DNA of 64,000 nucleotides from Actinomycetota bacterium (lineage in GTDB: Bacteria > Actinomycetota > Actinomycetes > S36-B12). Numbering within the stretch: position 1 is the stretch's first letter; every line of letters starts with the position of its first letter. Made by a program: the position numbers and the translations under genes. The notes below the pieces were generated by a model. That model did no database searches. It saw only the letters and a list, made by a program, of their open reading frames with translations, and was not told the origin of the DNA. Of the stretch, positions 1 through 9,500 are shown piece after piece. The stretch covers positions 260,077 through 324,076 of the forward strand of contig JAUSDJ010000017.1 in assembly GCA_030650795.1 (NCBI GenBank), in the 5' to 3' direction.

Positions 1-5
1 ACAGC

Positions 6-833
6 GTGAATCCCACAATCGTCGGAATCGCATCCATGCGACGTCGATTCCGAGATGCACGTGATGAGGCTGACCTCTGGAATGTTCGCTTAGAACTTGC
101 AGTCGCATGGATGCTCGTGAAAGCAGGTATTCGTTTTCGGTTTGGCGCTCCACCCAATCCGGAGCCTGACTTCGTTCTGGAAGATTTTGGAATTGGCATA
201 GAGGTCACTCGACGCGACTATGACGGTGTAGACGATCTCGTTCAAGATCTAACCCGGCTGATCGGAACTCGATCACTCACTTTGACACTGACGTTTGACA
301 ACTACCCGTTGCAAGTTCGGAAAGCAACAAAAAACTCCATCATGCTTCGTGTGTCCCAAGCAATAGAGACAGGCAGCCAGATTGACACGATTCATGAGAT
401 CGATACTTTTACGGGCACCTTCGCACTCGCTATCGAAATTGCCCAGAAACCAGATGACAACGACGCATCGCATGTCAAAGTGGAAGTAGAATCCGCCGCA
501 CTCGCAAGAACAATGGAACACGTTGAAGAGGCGCTTCTAGCCAAGACACGCGATCAACAGAAAATCGAGCAGGCCCGATCTATGCCTACCATCCTCTTGA
601 TCGAATCATCAGATGTTGGATATGCCTACATGCGCAGCGCAGCCACTTGGGAGGCCGTGCTTAGGACTTGGATGTCAGCCGAACTCCCCTTTCTGGGTGT
701 AGGCCTAGTCCAGCGAAATGTCCTGGCCCCTGGGATGGGCTTCACAATTGTCCTGAATCCTCATGCTGACGAGATGGTGCTTGAACGTGCATCCAATGTC
801 CTGGCGCTAATTGCAGCGGTCTTTCCAGCATAG
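6..833 (+). CDS. Hypothetical protein with possible PD-(D/E)xK nuclease-like core (may be 5'-truncated by the window edge)
   Basis: 275-aa ORF. The N-terminal pattern LELAVAWMLVKAG..IRFRFG..EPDFVLED..IGIEVTRR resembles the helix-E / strand-D / strand-ExK layout, with T in place of K. The frame is open to the window edge, so the start is uncertain. Confidence 0.45.
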   Translation: MNPTIVGIASMRRRFRDARDEADLWNVRLELAVAWMLVKAGIRFRFGAPPNPEPDFVLEDFGIGIEVTRRDYDGVDDLVQDLTRLIGTRSLTLTLTFDNYPLQVRKATKNSIMLRVSQAIETGSQIDTIHEIDTFTGTFALAIEIAQKPDDNDASHVKVEVESAALARTMEHVEEALLAKTRDQQKIEQARSMPTILLIESSDVGYAYMRSAATWEAVLRTWMSAELPFLGVGLVQRNVLAPGMGFTIVLNPHADEMVLERASNVLALIAAVFPA

Positions 834-1032
834 AAGGGCTGCCGCTCATACAAGGGTTTGCCATCCTTCCTGAAATGGGGCAAAAGCCACTTCACTCCTG
901 CGAGCAATGAACATCGCCTATGCGGAGACCGAAGGCACTCATTTGGCGCCGCCTTCCGCCCAGCTGTGAGAACCTGCTTGTGGACGCTGCACGGATACAG
1001 GAAGTGTCAGCCACCTATGGTGGAGTTGTCCC

Positions 1033-4000
1033 GTGAAGAAGGGAACTGGCCGACGGACTAAACTGTCCAAATCTAACGAGAGACGTGGCCAGCGCGCAGT
1101 GGTCGACGAAATGATCCAGTCCAAGCTTCCCTATGTGCAGGCCGGCCAGAATATTCACTTGATGGACGAGGATGCCTCCCAATGGGCTTCGACGAGACAC
1201 GGAGCCAACGCTGGGCGTGGCTTCCATTATCAAGATGCCATTTCATCTTGGTACGCGGCTCAACTACTGGTCTCTGACAGTCACACGCGAGTCGTCCCCG
1301 AATCACATCGCGAAGATGCGTCCTGCGAGGGTCAGGCAGGTACGGAGGTCCAGGCCAAGTCAAGACAGGAGCGAGTAGGACTTTTTCCCGCAAGAGAAGT
1401 CGCCGAGCACATCAAGACTCTGCATGCTCGTAAGTCCCGCAATGCGGGATCAACAATCGAATTGGTACTAGAGCGAGACATCCGCGAATGCCCGCTACCG
1501 CATAGCTGCATGCGCTTAGGAGACTTGGAAGCAGACCATCCCCTTGCCATCGCTTGCAAACGTCTCTTTGAAGACGCCTCGTGGCCGAATGCAGGTTGCA
1601 GCGAGATTCGCATTCGAATCCTCTCCTTCGAGGATGCTCGTCGGGGAACAGCAGATATCGTGCAAGACACATTCAATGTAGAGCCAGCCGTTGCTGCTCG
1701 GATTGCCGCTGACTACCTCCGACTCATAGCCGATGCCGCTGACTCCAACGCAGAACGTGACTACTCACATCGCGCCGGGCTCGATCGAACGACGCTCGAG
1801 AGGGCTGCCCATCAGGCAATTGCGGAGATTGATCCAGGCTCACTGGTCGCTTCCATCAATTCTGGTGCGATTGAACCACTCGATCTCGATACTCCTGATG
1901 ACAACGCCGTCTATTTTCAGGGCATTGATGCTCAGCCGGGCCACATAGCTGCTGGCTTACCCGCGCCTCGCACAGAACAAGTCGATGCGGTCTTGGCAGC
2001 TCTATCTGAAACTCGGGCAGTATTGATTGCGGGTCCGTCTGGTTCCGGAAAATCGACTGTTCTTTGGATGACGGCGTTTGTTGAACGTCACGTCAGCTGG
2101 TATCGCGTAAATCGACTTCTATCTTCTGACGTGGAAGACATTTACAGATTCGCCGTCGGAAGGCGTCCCACGTCAGCAGCGCCGCTCGGGTTCCTGGTCG
2201 ACGGAATAGGAATTGGAGACATGGAAGCATGGGACCAAGTTCTTCGACGACTCTCACCCTTGCAAAACGTGTACCTGCTAGGGACTGCCCGCATTGAAGA
2301 CTTGTTTGCTGCGACAACTGCCGACCTTGCAACAAGAGTCGACATCGGCCTCGACGAGGGTGTCGCCGCTCGCATCTTCGAATATCTTAAGCAAGGCGGT
2401 TTGACGCAATCGGTTCATTGGCGAGAAGCATTCAATGACGCCGATGGATTGACCCTTGAATTCACGTATCAGCTAACGCAAGGAGAGCGGCTGCCGGTCG
2501 TGCTCGGCGCACAGGTTGATCGCATGGTGAGAGAAGGAGCAAGTGATGAGCTTCAACTTCTTGCACTAGTAAGTGCGGCACACACACATGGCATTGCACT
2601 CTCCGTAGAGTCCGCGCAGCAGGCAGCCGGACTTGGCGACGATGCTTTTCGCCGTGCGATGAGACGACTTAAGGATGAACATCTTGTCCTAGAAGACTTT
2701 GATTCGATACGAGGACTGCACCTGCATCGCTCGCGCGCGCTCGTTGACTCAGTGCACGCGAATCCACCACCGACCTTGACTACAACAGTGACCCGCTTGA
2801 TGGGGGTCCTGCCCGAGAGCGACCTCGTCAAACTGGTCGTAGGAGTGCTGCGCGACAACCGCGCGCTGGACGGCGCGATTATTAAGCTAGCTGCGAGCCG
2901 TACCACCACCGGATCGCCTGAACTGCTCGGGGCGCTGCTCCACGCGTTTCGAGCACTTGATTTCGTGCGCCACGCTGAGTTGTGTGCGGGAATTGTTGAG
3001 CAGGCAGCAGTCCCTCCAGCCCATTGGCCACTTGTAGTCACATCAGGATTGACGGGAATTGAATGGCCCGAGTCGCTCTTCGATTCGTCCCTAAACGAGG
3101 CCATCAACGCGCTTGGAGAAAATCGGGTCGAGTCGACCGGACTCAGAGATGCATTTATCGATGCCGTTGACCGCGCTCAAGTGGTCGAGACCGTTCTGTC
3201 TCAGAGGAGCGCGAGTGCGCTTGCTTCCCTTCTTTCTGCATGCATCGGCGTCTCGAATACAACCGTAGACGATCTCGTTGCGGCCGATTGGGATGGAACA
3301 AGCGCGGAGAGCGTACTCACTGCGTGCACTTCCGAGGAATTCGCGGGTATTGGCCACACTGCCGGGCAACTCTCGATCCCCCTTGCAGAAAAGCTGCTCG
3401 AGTACGCGGGAGGCGAGTCCCAAATCATCGAGCGGCTACTCGAGAGCTACCCGACAGTGTTTGCAGTGGGGCGCGAGCAGCACGATGGAGTCGATGTCGC
3501 TTCTGCAAAAGTCATGTTCATCCACGAAGACTTGACCCCAGATCCAAATGCACGGGCGCACGATGTCGCGAAGGTTCTGATTCGGTCTCTCCCAGGCTGC
3601 TCGAGCGCTGCGATTGAGACCGTTCGAGCAGGCGGCAAACCCTTTCAAATCGGGGACCTGACATTCGGCCAATCTGGCTTGCTTGGGCAATACGCGTTAA
3701 CTAGCACTGATGTCGATTGGAACCGTGCTCGGACAGCATTGGTGATTCATGAGCTGGGAACTATGTCGAAGGGCAACCACGCCTCAGTGGCGGCAGGATT
3801 GCTTTATCGCGCCTATGCCTACCTGACCAGCCTTGCAGACCATTGGGTAACTCGTAGCCTGGATCCAAGCAATGCGTATTGGAAGAGTTCCGAAAAGGAA
3901 CGATCGGACCTCAAAACGGACGCGGATCAATTGGCCAACCCATTGGACGGGCTAGCGCTCTTCCGCGAAATCATTCCAAGCACTGGAGCGAGAGTAACCG

Positions 4001-5130
4001 CGCAGTTTGCAGGATTCGTAGACAACGAAATGGTCCCGTCGGCGTTGGGTCTGGACTCGGCTCACACAGTGTTACATCACGTCACGGATGTAATTCCCGC
4101 AAAGATTCGCGACGGAGAATACGGTTCACTCGCTGCAGTAGCAGCTGACCTGGTGGCCACCCTTGAGGAAGTACGATCCGCAGAACATTGGGCATTGATC
4201 GGCCTTAGTGAGCCGCCTACCGTGCTTGATGATTTGAAACTTCTCTTGATCGCAATACGCGACATAGCGTTAGCACTTCAGCATGACGCGATCACTCCTG
4301 CAGACATCCGGCGAGAACGATCTGGGCCCAAGGGGCAGGTGCTTCGTAGAGTTGCAAATCTGGCCAATCGCAAGATTGAGGCTGCATCTGAAGACTTCAT
4401 ACGGGAGTTCAATGCAGATCTTCGCGCGCGTGGTTTCAATGCGAAACTTGTGCACAAGCATGCGCCAGTTGATCAGTCCTATTGGCCTCGGATCGACGTA
4501 GCAGTCATAGTCCAGTGCGAGGACGTTGCCGCATGGACAAACCAAGTTGACGCGGTAATTCAGGCCGTCTTGGATATTCGCGATGCCCATCACCTACCAC
4601 CTACATTGATTTTTCCCGAGTTCGAAGGACGGGCAGAGCCGTCACTCGGCTGTGAGGTAATCCGTCGCTCCTTCCCGTCTGTCGCTGGGTACTACCGGTG
4701 GTATCCCGAAGAACGACCAGCCCAACAAACTCACACTCTGCAAAGCGATGTCAGCACGGCAATAGACCAGTTGATTCGATGCTCAGCGATCCAAGAGTTG
4801 CGAAGTAGAAGAAATTTGGCGCCCGAGTATGAAGACTTCTATCTCGGGTCCGTCACACAATTTGCGGAAGCCTTCGAGAGAATCACGGAATACGGTGACG
4901 ACGCTTGCCTTGGCCAAATTGCTTTTGAACTCAATCGATTGGCCATGGGCGTCGATGACGAAGGAAAGGAGGATGGCAAACCAGGAAACTTTGCATGTCA
5001 GGCACTAGACCTGCTCTCGGCCCCTTCCGACCCAGAGTCGTTGGGCGAAGGTGTAGTTATAGGCCTTCTGACACTCGCTGCCGTGCAATGGATGCACAAT
5101 TCAGACAAAGCGATCGAACTATTCGGATAG
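1033..5130 (+). CDS. Avs-like STAND NTPase with N-terminal Cap4/DUF4297-type nuclease domain
   Basis: 1365-aa ORF with a GTG start preceded by GGAG (1022-1025). The N-terminus has GRGFHYQD (aa 61-68), E90, ED (94-95) and VQAK (106-109), typical of DUF4297/Cap4 nucleases. Walker A is GPSGSGKST (aa 334-342, nt 2032-2058), Walker B is LGFLVDG (D390), and LLGTAR, a GxP-like DGLTLEF and a winged-helix-like RRLKDEHLVLED..LHLHRS follow. The C-terminal ~750 aa is a long helical region. Confidence 0.6.
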   Translation: MKKGTGRRTKLSKSNERRGQRAVVDEMIQSKLPYVQAGQNIHLMDEDASQWASTRHGANAGRGFHYQDAISSWYAAQLLVSDSHTRVVPESHREDASCEGQAGTEVQAKSRQERVGLFPAREVAEHIKTLHARKSRNAGSTIELVLERDIRECPLPHSCMRLGDLEADHPLAIACKRLFEDASWPNAGCSEIRIRILSFEDARRGTADIVQDTFNVEPAVAARIAADYLRLIADAADSNAERDYSHRAGLDRTTLERAAHQAIAEIDPGSLVASINSGAIEPLDLDTPDDNAVYFQGIDAQPGHIAAGLPAPRTEQVDAVLAALSETRAVLIAGPSGSGKSTVLWMTAFVERHVSWYRVNRLLSSDVEDIYRFAVGRRPTSAAPLGFLVDGIGIGDMEAWDQVLRRLSPLQNVYLLGTARIEDLFAATTADLATRVDIGLDEGVAARIFEYLKQGGLTQSVHWREAFNDADGLTLEFTYQLTQGERLPVVLGAQVDRMVREGASDELQLLALVSAAHTHGIALSVESAQQAAGLGDDAFRRAMRRLKDEHLVLEDFDSIRGLHLHRSRALVDSVHANPPPTLTTTVTRLMGVLPESDLVKLVVGVLRDNRALDGAIIKLAASRTTTGSPELLGALLHAFRALDFVRHAELCAGIVEQAAVPPAHWPLVVTSGLTGIEWPESLFDSSLNEAINALGENRVESTGLRDAFIDAVDRAQVVETVLSQRSASALASLLSACIGVSNTTVDDLVAADWDGTSAESVLTACTSEEFAGIGHTAGQLSIPLAEKLLEYAGGESQIIERLLESYPTVFAVGREQHDGVDVASAKVMFIHEDLTPDPNARAHDVAKVLIRSLPGCSSAAIETVRAGGKPFQIGDLTFGQSGLLGQYALTSTDVDWNRARTALVIHELGTMSKGNHASVAAGLLYRAYAYLTSLADHWVTRSLDPSNAYWKSSEKERSDLKTDADQLANPLDGLALFREIIPSTGARVTAQFAGFVDNEMVPSALGLDSAHTVLHHVTDVIPAKIRDGEYGSLAAVAADLVATLEEVRSAEHWALIGLSEPPTVLDDLKLLLIAIRDIALALQHDAITPADIRRERSGPKGQVLRRVANLANRKIEAASEDFIREFNADLRARGFNAKLVHKHAPVDQSYWPRIDVAVIVQCEDVAAWTNQVDAVIQAVLDIRDAHHLPPTLIFPEFEGRAEPSLGCEVIRRSFPSVAGYYRWYPEERPAQQTHTLQSDVSTAIDQLIRCSAIQELRSRRNLAPEYEDFYLGSVTQFAEAFERITEYGDDACLGQIAFELNRLAMGVDDEGKEDGKPGNFACQALDLLSAPSDPESLGEGVVIGLLTLAAVQWMHNSDKAIELFG

Positions 5131-5355
5131 GAAGAATCCTCTGAATAGGTGCCCGAATTCAAACGCCTTCAATACTGAATCATTCGCAAATTGACGAAGA
5201 TCCTTAGTTTCGCGCGGTCAGCCAGGTATGCATTGGACCTGCCCCCAAGTCACAGATCCCGCACAAAGCGCGGCATGAACGCGGCGAACTTAGAGCCGCT
5301 CCTCCCTACATGCATCCCTGCAGGCCATTGTCAGGAAATGCTCTCCCGATTGGAG

Positions 5356-5387
5356 ATCGTGTGAGATTTGAGTGGCATCGTGTGAGA
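5356..5387 (+). repeat. Direct repeat ATCGTGTGAGA x2 spaced 21 bp start-to-start
   Basis: Exact 11-mers at 5356-5366 and 5377-5387 lie in the gap between the STAND gene and the T1-peptidase-like gene. Confidence 0.5.
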
Positions 5388-5509
5388 CGCCTCGCACATA
5401 GGTGAGAGAACCCGCGCTCGTATCGGATACCAAGTCCGATACACCTTTAGCGTCCAGCAGAGGACGTAGAGCGTCAGGCGTGGCGATTGCGAACTGCAAT
5501 ACTTTTCCG

Positions 5510-6298
5510 GTGACTCTCATCGTGTCGGCCATCAGCGACTTTGGGGTGGTCCAAGCATCAGATTCGAATATCGTTCAAAGCCTGCCCGTTGCGGCCACCA
5601 CCGATGGCGAGAAAGTATTCGGACTCCCGTTTGCTCCTGCAGCTATCGCTGTTGCTGGTACGTATCGCGTCGGGATACTGCGCATGGATGAATGGATGCC
5701 TTCCGCAATTGCCGACTTCCAGGTAGGAACCAGTGTGAATCCCGTTGGCGCATTTGCTGAATATCTGGCCACTCGTCTTGAAAACGAACTCACCGAAAGG
5801 CAATGGGGCGAACCGACAGTGTTGCAAATCGTTGGCTACGAAGGTGACGCGAAAAATAGCCAACACCCAGTTTTGTACCACCTTCGCAATGTTGACCGCA
5901 TAGATCCAAATACCGGGAACTACGTTGGCATTAGTAACAAATTTCAAGTCACTGAGGACTTCTGGCTCAGAGATCATGACCCGGTGCGCAGTCCGGGTGC
6001 GCACAATCAATTTCGAGTGCAGTTCTACTTCAATGGCTCAACAGCAGGTCGGACTGTCTTCGGACGGCACTTAATTGAAATGTTCGGAATAATTTGGAGT
6101 GATGCCTCCAATGAGTTCAGGTCACCAAGGAATCTCTACGAACTCACTGAATTCATGAAGATTCTCATCCAAACGATAGGCACGCTGTATTCCATTAGCG
6201 ACTACGTCATGCGTCCAGTGGGCGGTCCTCCACAAATGTGGGCCATACCTCAACCAAATGGTGCTGTAGAGCTCTGGGCCGAAGCGAAGGCGACGTGA
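5510..6298 (+). CDS. Proteasome/HslV/Anbu-like (peptidase T1) Ntn-hydrolase-fold protein; start uncertain (ORF is open from 5402)
   Basis: An in-frame GTG at 5510 gives (M)TLIVSAISDFGVVQASDSNIV...GEKVF..AIAVAGT. That places Thr1, Asp17 and Lys34 as in the proteasome beta / HslV catalytic arrangement, close to the Anbu-type TYC..G.VF.SDSR N-terminus as I recall it. Later LQIVGYEGD..PVLYHLRNV, FNGSTAG and GGPPQMWAI..NGAVE fit the beta-subunit fold order with a ~45-aa insertion. No clear RBS is visible. Confidence 0.5.
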   Translation: MTLIVSAISDFGVVQASDSNIVQSLPVAATTDGEKVFGLPFAPAAIAVAGTYRVGILRMDEWMPSAIADFQVGTSVNPVGAFAEYLATRLENELTERQWGEPTVLQIVGYEGDAKNSQHPVLYHLRNVDRIDPNTGNYVGISNKFQVTEDFWLRDHDPVRSPGAHNQFRVQFYFNGSTAGRTVFGRHLIEMFGIIWSDASNEFRSPRNLYELTEFMKILIQTIGTLYSISDYVMRPVGGPPQMWAIPQPNGAVELWAEAKAT

Positions 6299-6590
6299 AA
6301 CTGTTGGACTGGTCCAGGCCCGTCGACTTGAGCCTGCTGGGGACTGCACCGAGTTCGATTGCCCCTTGACCCTTGAGGATTTGTGCTTCTGCTTATCCGC
6401 AAGCGTAGGTTGCGTCTGAGCCTGCGAGAGGATGTCGCGAGACTGATACTGATCTGACCATGCAACTTGGCGACGTTACCGGCCAAGCGCGACTTCGGCC
6501 CACCCAGCCGCTTCGAAGACTCTGTTGACACGCTGGGAAACCGTCGAGGATTGACGTGACAACCACACTGAATGACTGCATTCGTTGGGA

Positions 6591-9500
6591 TCATCCCGCC
6601 ATGCCCAAGCCTTGGTCGGGGCGCGGGCTCAGCGGGAGGGGACGCCGTAGGGCAGCGTGCGCGGTGGGCTGCTCGATGAATCCGCGTTGGGACATGCGCT
6701 CGGCAGTCATGGCAATGACCGCGTCACGGCGGGCATCAGGTCCGGCCGCCATCAGGGCGGCGGCTTGCTCTCCGTCGGCGATGTCCGCGATATTCACCAC
6801 CGCAAGCACGTCGTTTCGATGGCGGGTGAAGGCGACATAGGCGCTGGACATGTCGCGGTCCGGACCGACGTCGATCACCAGCGAGTCCACGGTCTGGCCT
6901 TGGAGTTTGTGCGTGGTCATGGCGTACCCATGGCGCGCGTTGCGCATGACCTGCAGCGCCGTCAGATGACTCGTGCAGACCTTGTCGCCGTCGCGGTACG
7001 CGATCTCGATGCCCTTGTCGTCGACTGAGGCGACCACTGCTCGGGTGCCATTGGACAGGGATCGGTTTTGGCCTCGGGTGATGTTCTTCGTGATCACGAT
7101 CTGGTCCCCGATAGCGATGCTTCTAGTAAGGCCTCGGTCGCGGAAGATGACATCGCCGCCGGTGATCCAGCCGCGGTTTCGTGCTTCGACCCGAGCCAGA
7201 GTGTTGAGAATCTCGACTTGGTCATTGCGGTCTGATTCCAGTCCAGTTGCATGGAGTCGTTCCAGTGGCTCCGGACAGCCCTCGGCGCGCTCAGCCCAGG
7301 CTGAGATGAGGACACGCTCGGCTTCGGTCTGGCTCGCAACGACGACAAGTTGCCCGGCATCTGCGAGCTTGAGCAGGGCCTGCTCGGGGTCACCGTCGCG
7401 TAGGAAGGCTGCGCATTCTCGGCCGACGTCGGTGCGTTGACGGAGGTTTTCGACGAGTTCAGCGCCAGGTCGGGATTCGTGAAATTGCCGGAAGAGGCCG
7501 GAGGGTCCGACCGGTTGGAGTTGGCGGTGATCGCCGATGAGGGTGACGGTGATGTCGTTGTCGGCAGCCCATTCCAGAACCGTGGCCATGTCGGTTGCCG
7601 GGATCATGGAGGCCTCGTCGATGACGAGATGATCCATCTGGGGCAAGGAGAAGCGTGTGCATATTCGTTGCGCCAGTGCTCGCTCTCGTCGACGCCCAGA
7701 ACGCGCGAGTTCGTCTGCCTTGATCCGGATCGGGTCTTGCGGATCTCGAGCGAAGTTGATGCGCATGGTGAGCCAGGTGACCGTGCCCGCCTGAACGCCG
7801 GCGGTGTCGCGCAAGGCCTGTGCCGCAATCGCGGCGACGCACACCCCGTAGACGCGCTGGCCACGTGCGGCCAGAACAGTCCTGGCCGCGTCGATTGCCG
7901 TGGTCTTACCCGAGCCAGCTGCCCCGATCACGGTTGAGACACTGTCACGGCCGGTCGTCATCTGGGTGAATAAAGCGAGCTGTCCGGGCGTGAAACTGAG
8001 GCTCTGTTGTGTCCAGCCGCTCAGCTCGCGCCACTGCTCAAGACCCAAGAGGGCTGCTTCGGGATCGAGGGCGTGCTTGTTCTGCTCAGAGGCTGCAGCG
8101 AAGGCCTCGCAAGCTCGGCGCTCCGCGTCGGCGATGCGGTTTGAGGCGTGCTTGCGCACCCCAACTCGCCCACGGGCAGTGACCTCCCCGGTGGTGAATT
8201 CACGCGCAACGACCTCCGACAACATGGCCCGGACCTGCTCTTCAGACCAGTCGTGCGGCGCGAACGCGCGAACGGCGGCCTCAATGCGGGCAGTGATCTC
8301 AGCGCCCTTGTTCTCACACACAATCTCCTCCACCGTCCGCGCCCAGAAGTCCACATCCCAGGCCCGGGGCTGCTGAGCGAAGTCAAGAGGGACGGCGCCA
8401 AAAGCAGAGCCTAGGTCGATCCCGAACTCATCAGCGCGGTCGATCATCCGGGCCCGGACCTGGCCCCAAGTCAGGGTCTGCTCGCCCTTGGCGCTAGTGA
8501 CCTTCCGCTTGGCACGAGAATCCAAAACCTGAAGCCTCGCGCGAGTCACGCCGACTGATTCCTCGTGCAGTGACTCCAGGGTTTCCCCGTGCACGCGTGC
8601 CTGCGCCTGGGAATAGAAGGCCATGAGATCCGTGTCGGCGCCGATGACCTCCCACTGGCGGTCGGCGAGGTCGAACTCCCATCCGGTCACGAGCCCTCGC
8701 TGCGTCGACAACTGGCGCAAGCATCGCTCGAATTGAGCTTGCAACCACCACGAATGATTGACCAAGTCCGCTCCCCCGGTTGCCATCGTGCGCTCCACGC
8801 CATCCACGCACACAACCCGGTTGGGGATCATCACGTGCCCGTGCAAGTGTGGGTCCAGTTCACGCGAGTACGACTCGATCGACACCGTCGCTGAGTAGCC
8901 CAGACCCCGAATCGGGAGGGACTTCTGCCCGTCGCCCTCGTGCCCTGCGCGCCCGTGAGCAACCCGGGCCATCAGCCCATCTGCGGCCTGACGGGCAGCA
9001 TCGCGGACCGTGGCAAGCCACTGCTCGCGCGTGGATGGATCGGCGACGAAGGCGGCAACACTGAACGACTTGGGGCACGTCAAGGTCAGCTCGTAGCCCG
9101 CGTTGCCAACGACACTGGTCTCCTCGGACTGCTCCAGGACGCGACCCCAGATCCACTCCCCGAGCTTCTTGTCTGACAGGGAATAGTCCAATGGCTTGCC
9201 GTCGAATACTTGCTGCTGGCAAGACTCTTCGAGGGCTCGATGGTGTGCACCGAGAAGACGCATCACCTCCTCCCGATCGAACTGCACGGGCGGCGGCTCG
9301 AACTCCAAGCCCTGCCGGTCCCGGGCCCAGTACATCGCCCAGGCGTGTTCATTCGAACGCAGCAGAGCCTCCGCCGTACGGATCACGACGGTGCCGTTCG
9401 ATCGGCCGGCAGCACGCGCAACGGAGCGCAACTGCGACGACAGGTTCCGCTTTGGCCAAAGATCTTCAGGGTGAATCTCCGCCAATTCACAGGCTTCCTT

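Noticed and set aside
5290-5532. 80-aa minus-strand ORF in the gap between the STAND gene and the T1-peptidase-like gene
   Set aside because: It has no RBS and no recognisable motif, and it would overlap the 5' end of the plus-strand gene head-on. Codon third-position bias does not clearly favour it. I could not exclude a small regulator or antitoxin, so it is mentioned only here.
6250-6594. 114-aa and 62-aa minus-strand ORFs and a shifted frame downstream of the relaxase stop (checked for a relaxase frameshift or a decayed integrase)
   Set aside because: The translations are low-complexity Arg/Ser-rich with no recombinase or relaxase motifs. The shifted frame adds only about 40 unremarkable residues, so there is no evidence of a pseudogene.
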